This document shows positions 1 through 12,690 of a DNA stretch of 64,000 bases, piece by piece. The DNA is taken from positions 248,001 to 312,000 of the forward strand of contig CBFFRQ010000080.1 in NCBI GenBank assembly GCA_965644315.1, given 5' to 3'. The DNA comes from Caecitellus pseudoparvulus. Its lineage: Eukaryota > Protista > Bigyra: Bicosoecida. Position 1 is the stretch's first letter, and every line of letters starts with the position of its first letter. The notes beneath the pieces were generated by a model. It saw nothing but the letters and a program-made list of their open reading frames with translations, had not been told where the DNA came from and ran no database searches. The translations under genes were made by a program, and so were the position numbers.

Positions 1-650
1 TCTGATGAAGACCAAGTGCGTGCGGGGCTGTGGCGTGCTGCCCCTGGCTCGGCGCTCACGACAGGTATCTCCCACGCCCGCCCACGCCTTGCACGCAGGA
101 TGTCAAGGCTGGGACAGAGCTGGAACTGCCGCTGTGGCTGGCAGAGACACTAGCCGGCCGTCGCATGGTCACTTGCAGCTTCCCCAGGTGCCTGTCCGGG
201 CCCACCCGCGAAGCCATGCGCGCTGACCCAACTGTCGTGCGCCTGCGAGACCGGTCGCCGTACTTTTACGCTGTGGGGCTGGCCCTCGCGCGCATGGGGT
301 CCCCTGCTGACGCGGCACAGCTGCCAGCCCTCCTGTGCGCCTCCCTGGCTCTGCGCGGCAGCCTCATCCTGGACACAGCTCACAATTCCCTCGGCGAAGA
401 CGTGTCAGACTTCGTGAATTCCCTCACCAGTCTCGAACAGCGCCTGTTTTTCCGCGGGTACCGCTGTGCCAAAGCCTTGGCAGGCTGGCGCCGGCGGGAC
501 ACCACCATCCTGCGCATGTCCGCCCTGGCTCTGGACGCCGGCATCGGGGGGGAGGAGGCCATTGCCGCCGCCAACGCTGACGTCAGCCTCACGGGCGCGC
601 GCGCCAAGGCGGCAGGCATCAAGCGTCAGAGGAGTGGCATGCGGGTGTAG
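1..650 (+). CDS. GINS3: GINS complex subunit Psf3 (5'-truncated by the window edge; intron 16-98)
   Basis: GTELELPLWLAETL...RADPTVVRLRDRSPYFYAVG matches the Psf3 motif. GTGCGT...GCAG intron joins SDEDQ to DVKAG in phase 0. Confidence 0.9.
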
Positions 651-673
651 GCGGGGGCAGTACATGCATTGCC

Positions 674-1683
674 TCAGAGGGCGCCGCTGAAGCAAGCCAC
701 CGCCAGCCCGGCCAGCACCGCGGTGGCTGCTGTGGTGACAAAGTTCACGCCTTCGTTGCTGAGCACATCCACGCCCGCCACGAGCTTGAATGCGTCTGGG
801 TTCTCCGCCCACCCGAGAGCCCTCGCACGAGTTGCAGAGACGATGCGGCTCGTCACCTTTTGCAGGACGCTGGCTTGCAGCGTCGCCCCTGCCAGCGAGT
901 CCAGGAGGGAACCCACCACACCGCAGGAGGTGGCGAGGGGTAGCACCCATGCCTCTGTCCACACACTGTGCAGCCCGCCTGCCAACAGGCAGGTGGCCAG
1001 GAGCCAGGACAGGCCCACCACCGCCCCGCCTGCAGCGGCAGCCAGCGTGCCTGTCGCCGAGACGGCTCCGTTTGTGCCTGGGGGCGCCCGCTTGCACGGG
1101 TTGGTCACCATGACGGGAGGTTGCTTGGAAAGAATGCCCAGCTCGGAGGACCAGGTGTCTCCATTGCATGCCGAGAAAAACCTGTGCACAGCACGGAAGG
1201 GTTTGCCGGGTTCGACATGCGCAGGCAGCGCCTGCAGAGGGCCACCACGCACGCGATGACAAAGGCAGCTGCTGTGCAAGACAGTGGGGATACGTTTGGG
1301 TCCAGTGGGGCTTCTTGGCTCCACCAGTGAGCTGGCAGCCTTTCAGCCTGCGCTGCCCATGCAAAGGCGAGGCTGCCCAAGACACCGATGGCGGAGTTGC
1401 ACAGGACTTGCACCGCGTCGCGCCGCCCCCCTTCCTTGAACTCATCCTCAAGCTTGCGCTTGATCTCCTGCCCCACGCGTGTGATGCGTGAGGCGGTCGC
1501 GTAGAATACAATGAGCGCCCAGCCGGTGCGCCAGGAAGCGGCCATGGAGAGGAACCCCACCACGCCCGCGGCCAGGGCACCGCTGTAGCTGAGAGATGCG
1601 CGCTTAAGACCACGCTGGGCCATGGTGAAGCTGATGGCAGCTGCAGCGAGGCACCGCACCAGCCATGGCAACGACTGCTGCAT
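674..1683 (-). CDS. TMEM19: TMEM19/DUF92 membrane protein (intron 1182-1252)
   Basis: SLSYSGALAA, EGGRRDAVQVLCNS, NGDTWSSELG, GSLLDSLAGATLQ and LSNEGVNF are DUF92 motifs. A 71-nt intron joins the two track ORFs. Confidence 0.9.
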
Positions 1684-1934
1684 GGGGCCTAGCTGTGCTC
1701 AACTTCCGCACCACAACGAGGCAGGTCCAGGGAGCATGCACTGCACACTCGGCTAACGTCCACAAAACTACGCCGCCTAGCTATCTCAGTTCCATGGCTT
1801 TGGCTGGGATGCTGCCTGAGTCCATGAAATTGTCCAGGGCGCAGGCTTTGGGCAACCGCCTCATCTCAAACAACTCCACGCGCGTGGAGGCTGCGTGCCC
1901 TGCAGCTCGGTAGCCCTGCCCGCAACGGCGCACC

Positions 1935-3828
1935 ATGGCATCCTCTGGACGCTTGAACATTTCGGGCGTGCTGCTGGGTGGTCCTGGCACGGTGAGTCTT
2001 GGCGTACGGTGTGCACAAGCTGCCCTCAGTTGCGGATGAAACTCTCGCGCAACTCCCCCATCGCAGAACCCCGGCACGCTTGTGGTGGACGCGGAGCGCC
2101 TCATTTGGAGGGCGTCGGAAGGCGAGCGCAAGATCTCTGTGCGTGCTTGACCCGTGTCGTCATCCCCCATTCGCTCTGTGCCACCGTGAGCATGGCTGCC
2201 GCAGGTGACGCCTGAAAACCTGGAAGAGGTGGCGTGGGTGCCCACCTCGGGCAAGTGCCAGCTGAAGGTGCACCTGAAGAATGGCGTGATGCACAGCTTC
2301 CTGAACCTTGCACCTGAGAGCAAGGCCCCTTTGGCCAAGTTTTTCGGTGGTCTGGGCCTGGAGCTGCTGCCTGAAGCCGTGGCCACGAAGGGGCACAATT
2401 GGGGCGAGGTGACATTCAAAGGTGCGTCGTGGGGTGGTCAAGGCAGCGCCTGCACGCCTATGGCGACGGCCCCTAGCACCCTCCCCATTGTTTCCGCCCT
2501 CTGCAGGCAAGAACATCCAGTTTCACGACAGCGAAGGCAAAGTGGGGGCGACCCTGCCCATGGCGGCGCTGACGGCAGCCGTGCAACCGGGCAACAACGA
2601 CGTCGAGCTGCAGTTCACGACAGACGACACGGTGAACCGAGATGACGAAGCCCTTGTGGAGATGCGCCTGTGGGTTCCTCCCGGACATGCCCAGCTCGCG
2701 GCTGCAGCGGCCGAGGCGGGGCCGACTCCTAGCGGGGAGTTGCCTACGCCGGCCGCCATGCTGCAAAAGCAGGTGATGGAGGGGGCCGGCCTGACCAGCG
2801 TGTCTGGGGAGGTCATCGCAGAGTTCGACGAGAAGGTCAGCATGTTCCTGACGCCCCGAGGGCGGTATGCCATCGAGCTGTACGGGACGTTCATGCGCAT
2901 GGTGGGCAAGACGAACGAGTTCAAAGTGTCGTACAGCACCATCGCCCGCATCTCATACCTGCGGCGGCCATCCCCCACGTCCTCCAGCACACCGCGCTAT
3001 TCCCTCGTCATCTCCTTGGATGACCCCGTCAAGCACGGGCAGCAGCGGTATGCTCACTTGGTCATGCAGGTGGATGACGTGCCGCACACCTGCACCGTGA
3101 ATGCGGACGCAGAGACGCGGTCCAAGAAGTTCGCGGGCATCGATGAGAAGGTTTCGGGGAACCTCCCCAAGGTCATGGCCATCGTGCTGAAGAGCATCAC
3201 TGGCAAGAAGGTGTACCGGCCCTCCAAGTTCAAGTCTGCCCTGGGGCACTCCTGCGTCAAGTGTGCCCTGTCCTCCTCTGACGGCTTGCTGTACCCCCTG
3301 GACAAGTCTTTCTTCTTCATTCACAAACCGGCCACATTCATCCGCTTTTCCGAGGTCAGCTTTGTGGAGTTCCAGCGAACAGGCCAAGCCTCCGTCACGT
3401 TTGACATCCACATCGCGTGCAAGAGCGTCGGCTCCGAACCAGGGCGCGACTTCACCTTCAAGGCCATTGACGCGCGTGAGAAGGAACCCTTCGCCTCCTT
3501 TGTCAAGGAGCGCGGGCTGAAGCTCATCATGGAGCAGGCCCCCGCCACCATGGCCTCCTCAGCAGCTGGTGCCGATGCAGGGGCTGATGGCAAAGACCCC
3601 GTCTTTGGTGACGCGGACGAGTCAGACAGCGACGATGAAGACTTTGAAGGGGGCGACAGTCCCAGCTCTGAAGGCGAATCTGACAGCGAAGATGAAGGGT
3701 CCGGCGGGTCTGGCGGTGGCGATAGCGATGACAGTGATGCCAGTGGGGCTGAAGGTGGGCACAAGCGTGCTCGTGGCGGGGAGGGCAGCTCCCCCTCCTC
3801 GGCCAAGAAAGCGCGGACGGACGCGTGA
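1935..3828 (+). CDS. SSRP1: FACT complex subunit SSRP1/Pob3 (introns 1992-2066, 2139-2204, 2422-2506)
   Basis: KGHNWG, LVEMRLWVP, FLTPRGRYAIELY, GLLYPLDKSFFFIHKP and an acidic tail. Exons join in frame. No HMG box is evident. Confidence 0.93.
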
Positions 3829-3839
3829 GTTGCCTGGGC

Positions 3840-3847
3840 AATGCATT
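3840..3847. promoter_or_regulatory. AATGCATT palindrome, candidate shared 3'-end signal (SSRP1/dymeclin)
   Basis: Lies in the 18-nt gap between convergent stops and overlaps the dymeclin TGA. Confidence 0.65.
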
Positions 3848-6596
3848 CACACGCCCACTGCGGCGCTAGGGTTGGGGTGGGTGCCTGGCTGCCCGCCCGA
3901 CGGCGGTGGAGCTCGATACACGTCCACCTCGCTAGGTACAGGTACGAGGCGAATGTAGCCGCTGTCCCAGCACAGATCTGGGCACATGAGGATGGTTGTC
4001 GTCCAGACATATGGCACGAAGAACGTCTCTGGCGTTGGCAGTTCGTCATACGTGTACAGTCGGAGTGAAGCGTCGGCTGCGTCAGCCCCCCCTGCCTCAG
4101 CTGTTGCCCGCGCAGCCTGGGTCGCCCAAGAACGCACAGCTGTGCGCAGCACTCCAACCGTGCCCGCTTCACCGAGGCTGCCGTGCCCCTCGTCCTCGTG
4201 TTCGTGGGCGGCGGCCGTGACCCGCTCGGAGCAGTGCTGCACCAGCGGCATCAAGTCTTGCAGGGCTTGCGCCGCGGCGTCCCACCTGACCTCCCGCACG
4301 GAACACGGAATGTCCTCCGGCAGTTCGGGTGGGGGCTCGTTGTCCAAGACAGCCTTCACCGCCTTGAGCTGCTCCTGTCGATACAGCAGCGCGTACAGGA
4401 TGTGCAAATTGTGCTCCAAGGCGTCTGGGCGCAAGGCGCTCCTGACAATGCCCAGAAGCTGCTGTAGCAGTGTTGCATAGGACGCGCTGGCGGTCAGCAT
4501 GGCAGTGGCCAGCTTCTCATCTTGAACTGTTGGCATGACGGCTTTCGCATATGCAGTGCTGGAGCGCTGAAGAAGCCGTGCCACCAACAAGACCACGTTC
4601 ACTAAGCGTTGTGCAAGAGCCTGGTGCGCCCCAACCAGGGTCTTGCTAAAGTTGGACAGTGCGGCGATGCAGTTGGTGGAAACGTAGGCGTCGCGCCACT
4701 CCACCAAGTTCACGTGCAGGGTGCGCAGGAGAACCAGCATGGCCAGCGAGCCCAAGGAAACGTCCACTACCTTGCGCTCCCGCACCCACGGAACACTGCC
4801 CAGCCGCAGTTGGGAGTGCAGCGTGGACGCCAAGTCCACGTCGGAGCTCAGTACCAGCAGGTTGATGAGGCAAATGTATCGGTGGGGGGCGCTGAAGGCT
4901 GTGCTGTGGTACACTGCCTGCAGGTGGGCGTGCACAACATCTGTCAGGTCAGCAGAGGCGAACAGGTGAGCCTTGAACTCTGCGTTGCCCTGCATCAGTG
5001 TGTACAGCAGTAGGGCGTTTGTGGGCTGCAGGTCCTGCCGGGCCATGGCCTTGATGAGCCTGGACATTCGAAGCCGAAGCGGCGCGCAAGCCTTCAAGGC
5101 CACACTGCTCAACGCGCCTGCTGGCAGGCCCCTGGGCTTCAGTGGGTTGTGTACAGCCTCCGCCGCAGCCCCCGCTTCAGCCCCCCCATCCACTGAAGCA
5201 TGCTCCGACTCCAGCTCGGGCTTGGGCTCGGGCTGCGGACTCTTTGCTGTGGAGGTGTCCACAGCATGGGTCAGGATGTGGTGGAACGGGTTGGGAATAG
5301 CCCCCGCTGACCGATGGCTGTGAACAATCAGCAACAACACCAGGGCTGCCCGGTGCAGCAGGGGCGGGGGCGGCCCGTGCCCGGGAGCGCCCGCGGCCGC
5401 TGCGCCAGCGCTCCAAATGCTGCGCAAGAGGTGCAGGGGGGACAGCACCACAGTCGCAGCTAGCTCGCCAAGCGTGTCCAAGATGTCCACTGCCTGCTGA
5501 GCAGGCTGGGCTTGGCCTTGACCAGCGCTGTGTGCTGGAGAAAGCGCAGCGAGGGCGGATGCGGTCGCCTCCACCGCAGCGCTGCCTCTTGCTGCGATTG
5601 CAGGGTTTGCGAGGATGGAGAGGAGGCGCGCGACAAAGCGAGAGGCTCTCATGGAGTGTCCAGCTCCGGTGCTGGGCTTGACCATCCCCGCCTTTTTGCC
5701 GGCTTGAGACTCGTCCACACTCCAGGCACTCTGAAACAGCGCGTCCCAAGCTGGGTGGTCTGTCGGCACAAGGGCAGGGGAAGCCGCAGAAGCGAGGGCA
5801 TCTTGGAGCTTGGAGCCGGACAGCAGTTCTGAAGGGGGGAGTGGCTGTGGTGGAAGGCTTGTGGGCAGCGCCTGAGGCGTGGCGCATCTAAGGTGCGAGC
5901 TGAGCAGTGCCAGAAGGAAGGACAGCGCCTCCACCACCACGTCGTGCGTTTCCAAACTGGGGGGAACGTCTGCAACGAAGTCCAGGACCCCACCAACAAA
6001 ACCCTGAAACGTCAGCCCATCCAGTTCTTCGTTCGGCTGCACTGCTGGGTTGGAACCTGCGATGGCAAGGAAGCCCTGGAGGGTGCGTTTCGCGCTGAAA
6101 CTCTGGCTTGCCACTTGGCGCTGCTCACCTGCCGCCATGTCCCGGGCAAAATGCCCAGGGCGCTGATGCCGCATGAGCCACAGGCAGCAATGCCTTGCAA
6201 GGCACATGGCTGAGGCTGTGTTCTGCACATCCTCTTGCACGAGGTGGGACACCCGTGGCAGCCGTTGGTGCACGTGAGCCAGGAGGGTGTTGACATTGCG
6301 AGTGGCAGGGTTGTTCCTCCCTGCAGGGCAGAGCGTGGCATAGGGCGGTGAATGGAGTGACGCAGCCAGGCCTACCACCTGCGACCCGCACCTAGCTTGG
6401 GCCCCACGTCTCGCATCACCTCATGCAGCAGCTCCTGGTCTACGGTGTGAGCCTTGGGGCTGACGGCCAGCAAGTCCACCCAAGCTTGTGCGTCAAACGG
6501 CAAAGCCTCTTCGCCTGCAACTGTGTGCAAGGCCTGAATCAGTGACGGCGGGGCCTTCCCTGCAGCGGCAGCTGCCGTGGAGGCTGTGGAGCCCAT
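3847..6596 (-). CDS. DYM: Dymeclin (intron 6321-6391)
   Basis: N-terminal MGSTAS myristoylation motif, NNPATRNV, LLLYTLMQGN, SLGSLAMLVLLR, RDAYVSTNCIAALSN, YTYDELPTPETFFVPYVW. Confidence 0.88.
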
Positions 6597-6971
6597 ACTG
6601 CCGGGTTCACAAGAGTTGCTGCGCTGAGGCGCGCGGCAGTTTGCTGCCTCCGACAAGGACTGCCTGTGCTGGCCAAGAAATGGGGGCCATCGGCGTGCGT
6701 GGGTGTGTCATTCTGCTGCGAATGTATCAAGTCGGAAGTTGACGTCCACCTGTCCTGCGATTTGGTGAAGGTGTGCGAGGGGGGGGGTCAACGCGCTGGC
6801 ACACCTGCGTCGCCAAGCCACATGCGTGCTCGCCCTCGTTCCCTCAGCACCGAAGCAAAGCCCGACGGGCGGTAAAAACCAACGCAAAAACGCATCTAGT
6901 CACTTCGCTACGACCTATGCTCCTGCCCTACGTACAAGGGCCTCTGGAAGGCCTTCAGCGCAAGGAACGCC

Positions 6972-8762
6972 ATGGCAGCTTCTGCGCAGAACCCAAAGCC
7001 AGCGCCGGCGAGCCTGGAGGTGTTGGAGTCCCTGGCAAGCCAGCATGGGACACCATACCACCTGTACGACGGTGTGGGCATTGAAGAGGGTGCCAAGCAG
7101 CTCATCGGCCAGTTCCAGGCGGCTGGCTTCGACTTCACGCAGTTCTATGCCGTGAAGGCGCTGCCCAACCCAGCCATCCTCGCGCTGCTGCTCCGAGCGG
7201 GGTGTGGTTTGGATTGCAGCAGCACTGCTGAACTGTACATCGCGCGCAAGCTGGGCGTGCCAGGGGACAAGATCATGTACACGAGCAACTACACCTCCAA
7301 GGTGCGTCCTGCGGCAGAGCACCTGGTGCCATTGTGAGCCCTTGGCGCCTTGGGTGGGCGAGTGGCCGATTTCCGCATCTTCGTCACGCGGCACGCCCTG
7401 AGGTTTCCCAGGAAGACTTGGCTTGGGCTGTGAACCAAGGTGTCATCCTCAATTTGGACGGTGAGTGCGAGCGACTGCTGGGGCTTCGTCGGAGCAGGGG
7501 ATGCCAGTTGCACCGCCTCTATCGCGCCGTGTTTCTCACAGACGCGAGCCTGGTTGACGCGGTTGCTGAGAATGGCAAGTTCCCAGACCTCATCTGCTTC
7601 AGACTGAACCCTGGCCTGGGTCGCACTGACAGCTCCACTGTGAGCAATGTTCTGGGCGGGCCCGACGCCAAGTTCGGCGTGCCTCCTGACCAGATCGTGG
7701 ATGCCTACCGCCGAGCCAAGGCAGCCGGTGCGACCCGGTTTGGCATCCACATGATGACGGGCTCCTGCGTGCTCAACGAGGAGTACTGGTCAGAGACTGT
7801 GGCTGCTTTAGTGGACACCATGGCCAAGGTGCAGGCAGAGGTGGGCATTGACGCGTTTGAGTTCCTGAACATCGGCGGCGGCATGGGCGTCGCGTACAAG
7901 CCCGACGAGATGCCAGTGGACGTGCCTGCCCTGGTGGCGCGCCTGCGCCGCACCTTGGATGCAGCCCTTGCTCGGGCTGGCATCCCCCAGCCAAAGCGCC
8001 TGTTCATGGAGAACGGCCGGTTCGTTACCGGGCCTCACGGCTGGCTGGTGACGAGGGTGCAGGCCACCAAGCAGGCCTTCGGGGCCAAGTACCTGGGTGT
8101 GGACGCGAACATGGCGCACCTCATGCGACCAGGCATGTACAGTAGCTACCATCACATCAGTGTGCCTGCCCATGAGGGCTCCCTGCGTGTCCCCACCAAC
8201 GTCGTCGGCACGCTGTGTGAGAACAACGACTGGTTCGCCAAGGGGCGCCCGCTGCCTGAAGGGGCGGGGAAGGGCGACCTTCTCATACTGCACGATACAG
8301 GAGCGCATGGCTCCAGCATGGGCTTCCAGTACAACGGCAAGCTGCGTGCGCCGGAGCTGCTGCTGCGTGGAGGCGGCCGAGTGGAAGTCATGTACGTGCT
8401 CCTGGCGCTGCTTGCGATGCTGTGCACATCACGCCTGCGCCTGCCGCTTGTCACACAGCCGGGATCGCGAAACGTATGACGTGTTGTATTCCAACACACA
8501 CCTGCCCAAGGACTTGGCACCAGGCGGCAAGCAGCTCTCCTTCGCAGACGGCCCCACGATCGGAGCCACCATGAGCAAGACGCCAGTATCCCAGCCAGGA
8601 TCCATGCAAGTGGAGCCTGATCAAGGTGCTGAGGCTTCTGCCCAGCCTTCCGCCTCGGGTGTGTGCTGGTGGGCCACTGGCACAGGACTCGCTGGCTTGG
8701 CCATTGGCGCTGCTGCTGCATGGCTCCTGTCCTCGCGCAGGCGGCCCACCACTTCCCCTTGA
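6972..8762 (+). CDS. lysA: Diaminopimelate decarboxylase with C-terminal hydrophobic extension (introns 7302-7411, 7461-7541, 8392-8458)
   Basis: PLP lysine in FYAVKALPNP, AKFGVP, NIGGGMG, ENGRFVTG, VVGTLCENNDWFAK, HDTGAHGSSMGFQYNGKLR. Splicing restores VIRDRETY. Confidence 0.92.
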
Positions 8763-8886
8763 TGGATTCAATTCATTCTAGACTAGGGATTCTGTGAGCG
8801 TTGTGGCCTTACCGGAGGTGTTCACCCTTGTCCCTCGGGGACGCTCAATGGGACTGTGCTTTAAAGTGCGGAAATTGGTGCGCAAC

Positions 8887-9774
8887 ATGAGCAGCTCGTT
8901 GAGCACCCTGCACGTGAGAGATGGCGACAGCCATGGCACGCTGCAGACAATAGAAGGAGGCATGTCCCAGTCTGTGTCCTTGTGTGAGCCCAGCTCGTCT
9001 GTCCTTGTGCTGTGGGAAGCCCACAGTGCGCAGCGAAGGCTGCACTCTGCCGTTGCGGCAACGAGGCCATCCTGCCCAGCAATTGCAGGGGCTCCGTCGC
9101 TCTTTTCTGCGCTCAGCGCTGCGGGCTGGACCCCACCATTGCACGCAAGTAAATGGGCGTGTTGGGATGACGACGCTGTTGCTGGGCTGACGCGAGCTGG
9201 GCGGTCCGTTGACGCTGGACAAGCTCCCCACCTTCGTTGGAGTGCCCTGGCAGTGGCTCCAACAGATGCTGACGGGCGTGTGGATGAAGCAGCCATCGTT
9301 ATCGGCAGGGTGTACGCGAGCTCAGCCTCCGTACCCTGCGCCCCTTCCGGCTTGACGCCCAACGTGCCTTGCATCCACCTAGCACATGGCAAGAGCGACG
9401 CAGTCCTGACCCACTCCGTGTGTGCCCTTCGCACAGCGGGAGGGGAGTGGACTTCCTGTGTGCTTCCAGCAGTGGAAGGACTCTTGCGGAAGCATCTCGG
9501 GGCTTCTGAGGCCTGGTCAGCATTGCAATATGCATGTGACCAGGCTTGCGCCGAGCTGGGGCAGCTGCCGGAGCGGAGCGAGCTGCCTGCCGTGCACCAG
9601 AGTGCTGATGTAACCCTGCCAGCCTACTCAGTGTCTAGTTTTCACCCATCGGCTGTGGCCGCTGCCCAGGCGTCCACGATGGCTGCGCTTGAGTGCGTGG
9701 AGGCCGCCAAGACTGCAGCCGCAGCCGCCATGGCCAGGTCTCAGGCTTGGCTCCTGGCAGTCAGCGGACCATAG
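8887..9774 (+). CDS. Hypothetical protein (start uncertain)
   Basis: Open frame of about 300 aa filling the gap between lysA and MCM7. No motif recognised. Confidence 0.5.
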   Translation: MSSSLSTLHVRDGDSHGTLQTIEGGMSQSVSLCEPSSSVLVLWEAHSAQRRLHSAVAATRPSCPAIAGAPSLFSALSAAGWTPPLHASKWACWDDDAVAGLTRAGRSVDAGQAPHLRWSALAVAPTDADGRVDEAAIVIGRVYASSASVPCAPSGLTPNVPCIHLAHGKSDAVLTHSVCALRTAGGEWTSCVLPAVEGLLRKHLGASEAWSALQYACDQACAELGQLPERSELPAVHQSADVTLPAYSVSSFHPSAVAAAQASTMAALECVEAAKTAAAAAMARSQAWLLAVSGP

Positions 9775-10012
9775 ACAAAACGCAGTGAGACCCTCAGCTC
9801 AGGAGGCGTTTACTTCCACGTTTGTTGTAGCGACGTCGTTTTCACGTGTGCTCGTGGAGACCTTCACCAAGTTCGCCAGCGGCCCACACAGCTTGCTTTT
9901 CATCCTGCTTGCCCACACGCGCGCTAGGAGGGGCTCAGAGAGCAAGGGCCGCGAGTGAGGCTCCTTGAAGTGTCCTGTATTGTCGCCCATCCCCAAGAAG
10001 GGTTTCTAGAGC

Positions 10013-12562
10013 ATGGCGGCAGCACAGCAGTTCCCGAACTACGACGATGAGTTCAGTGAGTTTCGCTTTGACACGCTGACACTGACAGGGTTCCACACGC
10101 ACACCCTTCCTGCTGCAGGCACCCTAAGCTCCTTCCTGAAGTCTTTCACTTCGCTGACAGCGGATGGCAGCGATGGTGGTGAGCGCAAGTACTTCGAGAT
10201 GATGGTGCGTGCCCCTGCGAACTTGTGCTGTGCTTCAAAGCCCTGCCCCGCGCGGCAGGCACCCAGCGACAGAGGCTCGGCCCCCGTGGCGCTGTGAGAC
10301 TAATGAGGTACCTCAGCCGCCCAATCACCGTATTCTCACAGAAGGAAGTGAAGCAGCGCAAGCGAGTGACTTTCCCCGTCGCCATGGACGACCTGAAGCT
10401 GGTGAGTGTGGTGCGGAATTGGCCCTACGCTCCTCGCGACACGAGCACTGGCCTGCTGCCTCGCCGAGCAGTCCAAGGAGACGGGTTCTGACCTCATTCG
10501 CAACATTCAAAGTAATGGGATGCGGTACATTGAGCTCATCTCGGCTGTTATCGATTCCCTGCTCGTGGAGGACGAGGAGCTCAAGAGCCTCGAGCCGGAC
10601 GCAGCCAGCGAAGACGTCGTGGACGTTCTGGTGAAGCACAGGGTGAAACACGCCGCCGACTCCATGACCCAGGCGGGTGCAGATGCCGTGGAGGAGTCAG
10701 AGGTGCGGCGCATGTTCCCCTCCCGTCTGCTGAGGCGGTACGAGGTGGTCCTGCGCCCCCTCACGGAAATGGGAGCTGTGCCTGTGCGGGATGTCAAGGC
10801 CGGGCACATCGGCCACCTGGTCAAGGTGAAGGGCATCTGCACACGTGTCTCCGACGTGAAGCCCATGGTGACCGTAGCCACGTACACCTGTGACGTGTGC
10901 GGCTGGGAGGTGTACCAGGAGGTGAACTCAAAGTCGTTCACCCCAATCAACAAGTGCCCAACAGCCGAGTGTGCGGCCGGCAACACAGCTGGCATGCTGC
11001 GCCTGCAGACGCGTGGGTCTAAGTTTGTCAAGTACCAGGAGCTGCGCATCCAGGAGCTGCCCGACCAAGTCCCCGTCGGGCACATCCCCCGCTCCATCAC
11101 CGTCGTGGCCAAGGGCGAACGCACCCGCAGTGTCATCCCAGGCGACATCGTCACAGTCAGCGGCATCTTCGTGCCGACACCGTACACGGGTTGGCAGGCC
11201 ATGCGGGCTGGCTTGTTGGCTGACACGTACTTGGAGGCGCAGCACATTGCCCAGGCCAAGCGCGGAGGGCGCGGCGGCGCTGATGTGGAGGAGCTGAGCC
11301 CCGAGATGGAGGAGGCCTTGGCGGCCGCCGCAGACGACCCGGACATTTACAGCAAGATGGCTCGCAGTCTGGCCCCCGAGATCTGGGGCATGGAGGACGT
11401 GAAGAAAGCCTTACTGCTGCAGCTCATCAGCGGCGTGACAACCACCCAAAGCGATGGCATGCGCATCCGTGGCGACATCAACATCCTCCTGCTGGGGGAT
11501 CCCGGTGTTGCCAAGTCTCAGCTGCTGAAGCACGTGTCCAAGGTCGCGCCCAGGTGCGTGTACACCACGGGCAAGGGCTCGTCCGGCGTGGGCCTCACGG
11601 CAGCCATTCTGAAGGACCCGGTCACAGGGGAGCTGGCCCTGGAAGGGGGTGCACTGGTGCTGGCCGACATGGGCATCGCGTGCATTGATGAGTTTGACAA
11701 GATGGACGAGTCGGACCGCACTGCCATTCACGAGGTCATGGAGCAGCAGACCGTGTCCATCGCCAAGGCAGGCATCACGACGACGCTGAACGCCCGCACA
11801 GCCATCTTGGCAGCGGCCAACCCGCTGTACGGGCGCTTCAAGCGCGTGGACAAGGACCCACACTTGAACATGTTGAAGAACATCAACATTCCCCCCGCCC
11901 TCCTGTCCCGCTTCGACATGCTGTTCGTGCTCAAAGACGAGCCAAGCACTGACGCAGACATGGCCCTGGCGAGGCACGTCACGTACGTGCACAAGCACAA
12001 CTCTCACCCGCCCCTGGACTTTGAGCCGCTGTCCCCTGCCCTTCTTCGAGCCTACATGGCCCGCTCAGCACTGGTGGAGCCGAGCGTGCCACCCTCCTTG
12101 GCGGGGCATATCGTCAACTCCTACGTGGAGATGAGGGCAGACGACCTAGAGGCAAGCCGAGCTACAGGGGGGCGTGGCAGCCTGACGCCTCGCCAGCTGC
12201 TGTCCATCTTGCGCTTGGCACAAGCGCTGGCACGGCTGCACTTTCGACCAGAGGTTGCGGAGGAGGACGTTGACGAGGCCATCCGCCTCATCCAGGTGTC
12301 CAAGGCCAAGCTCATGTCGCCCGATGAAGCTGCAGCTGCTGCAGGCGGCTCTTGGAAGGACAGGGTGTGGCGCATCATCTCTGAGATGCTGAACGACGCG
12401 GGCGCGGCGAGCGACCTCACGCTGCGCATGGCCGACGTGCGGCGCCGGGTGACGCGCCATGGCTTCTCAGACAAGCAGCTCATGGAGACCCTGTCAGACT
12501 ACATTGACTTGAACATCGTCCAGCTGAACCCCAGCAGGACGCTGCTGGAGATGGTGCAGTAA
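10013..12562 (+). CDS. MCM7: DNA replication licensing factor MCM7 (introns 10056-10118, 10205-10341, 10402-10471)
   Basis: CDVCG zinc finger, LQTRGSKFVKYQE, QVPVGHIPRS, Walker A GDPGVAKSQ, IDEFDKM and ALLSRFD arginine finger. Confidence 0.97.
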
Positions 12563-12690
12563 TGCTTGCCCCAGCCTCGAAGAATGCACGCTTGCCACAA
12601 TCGCCAGCCCAGCAAAATCGATCAACGCCCTGGAATATCAAGACGCGAATCCTGCTGTTTCAACTTGCTCTACACAGCTGCGCGTGCACA

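Noticed and set aside
1105-1324. Apparent frameshifts in TMEM19, lysA, INO1, ChaC, PIG3 and others
   Set aside because: Each is resolved by a canonical GT-AG intron that restores conserved motifs, so these are not pseudogenes or programmed frameshifts.
1874-1889. Perfect 16-bp palindrome CTCCACGCGCGTGGAG in the TMEM19/SSRP1 divergent promoter
   Set aside because: By rough estimate one or two such palindromes are expected by chance in 64 kb of GC-rich DNA. It is a single instance.
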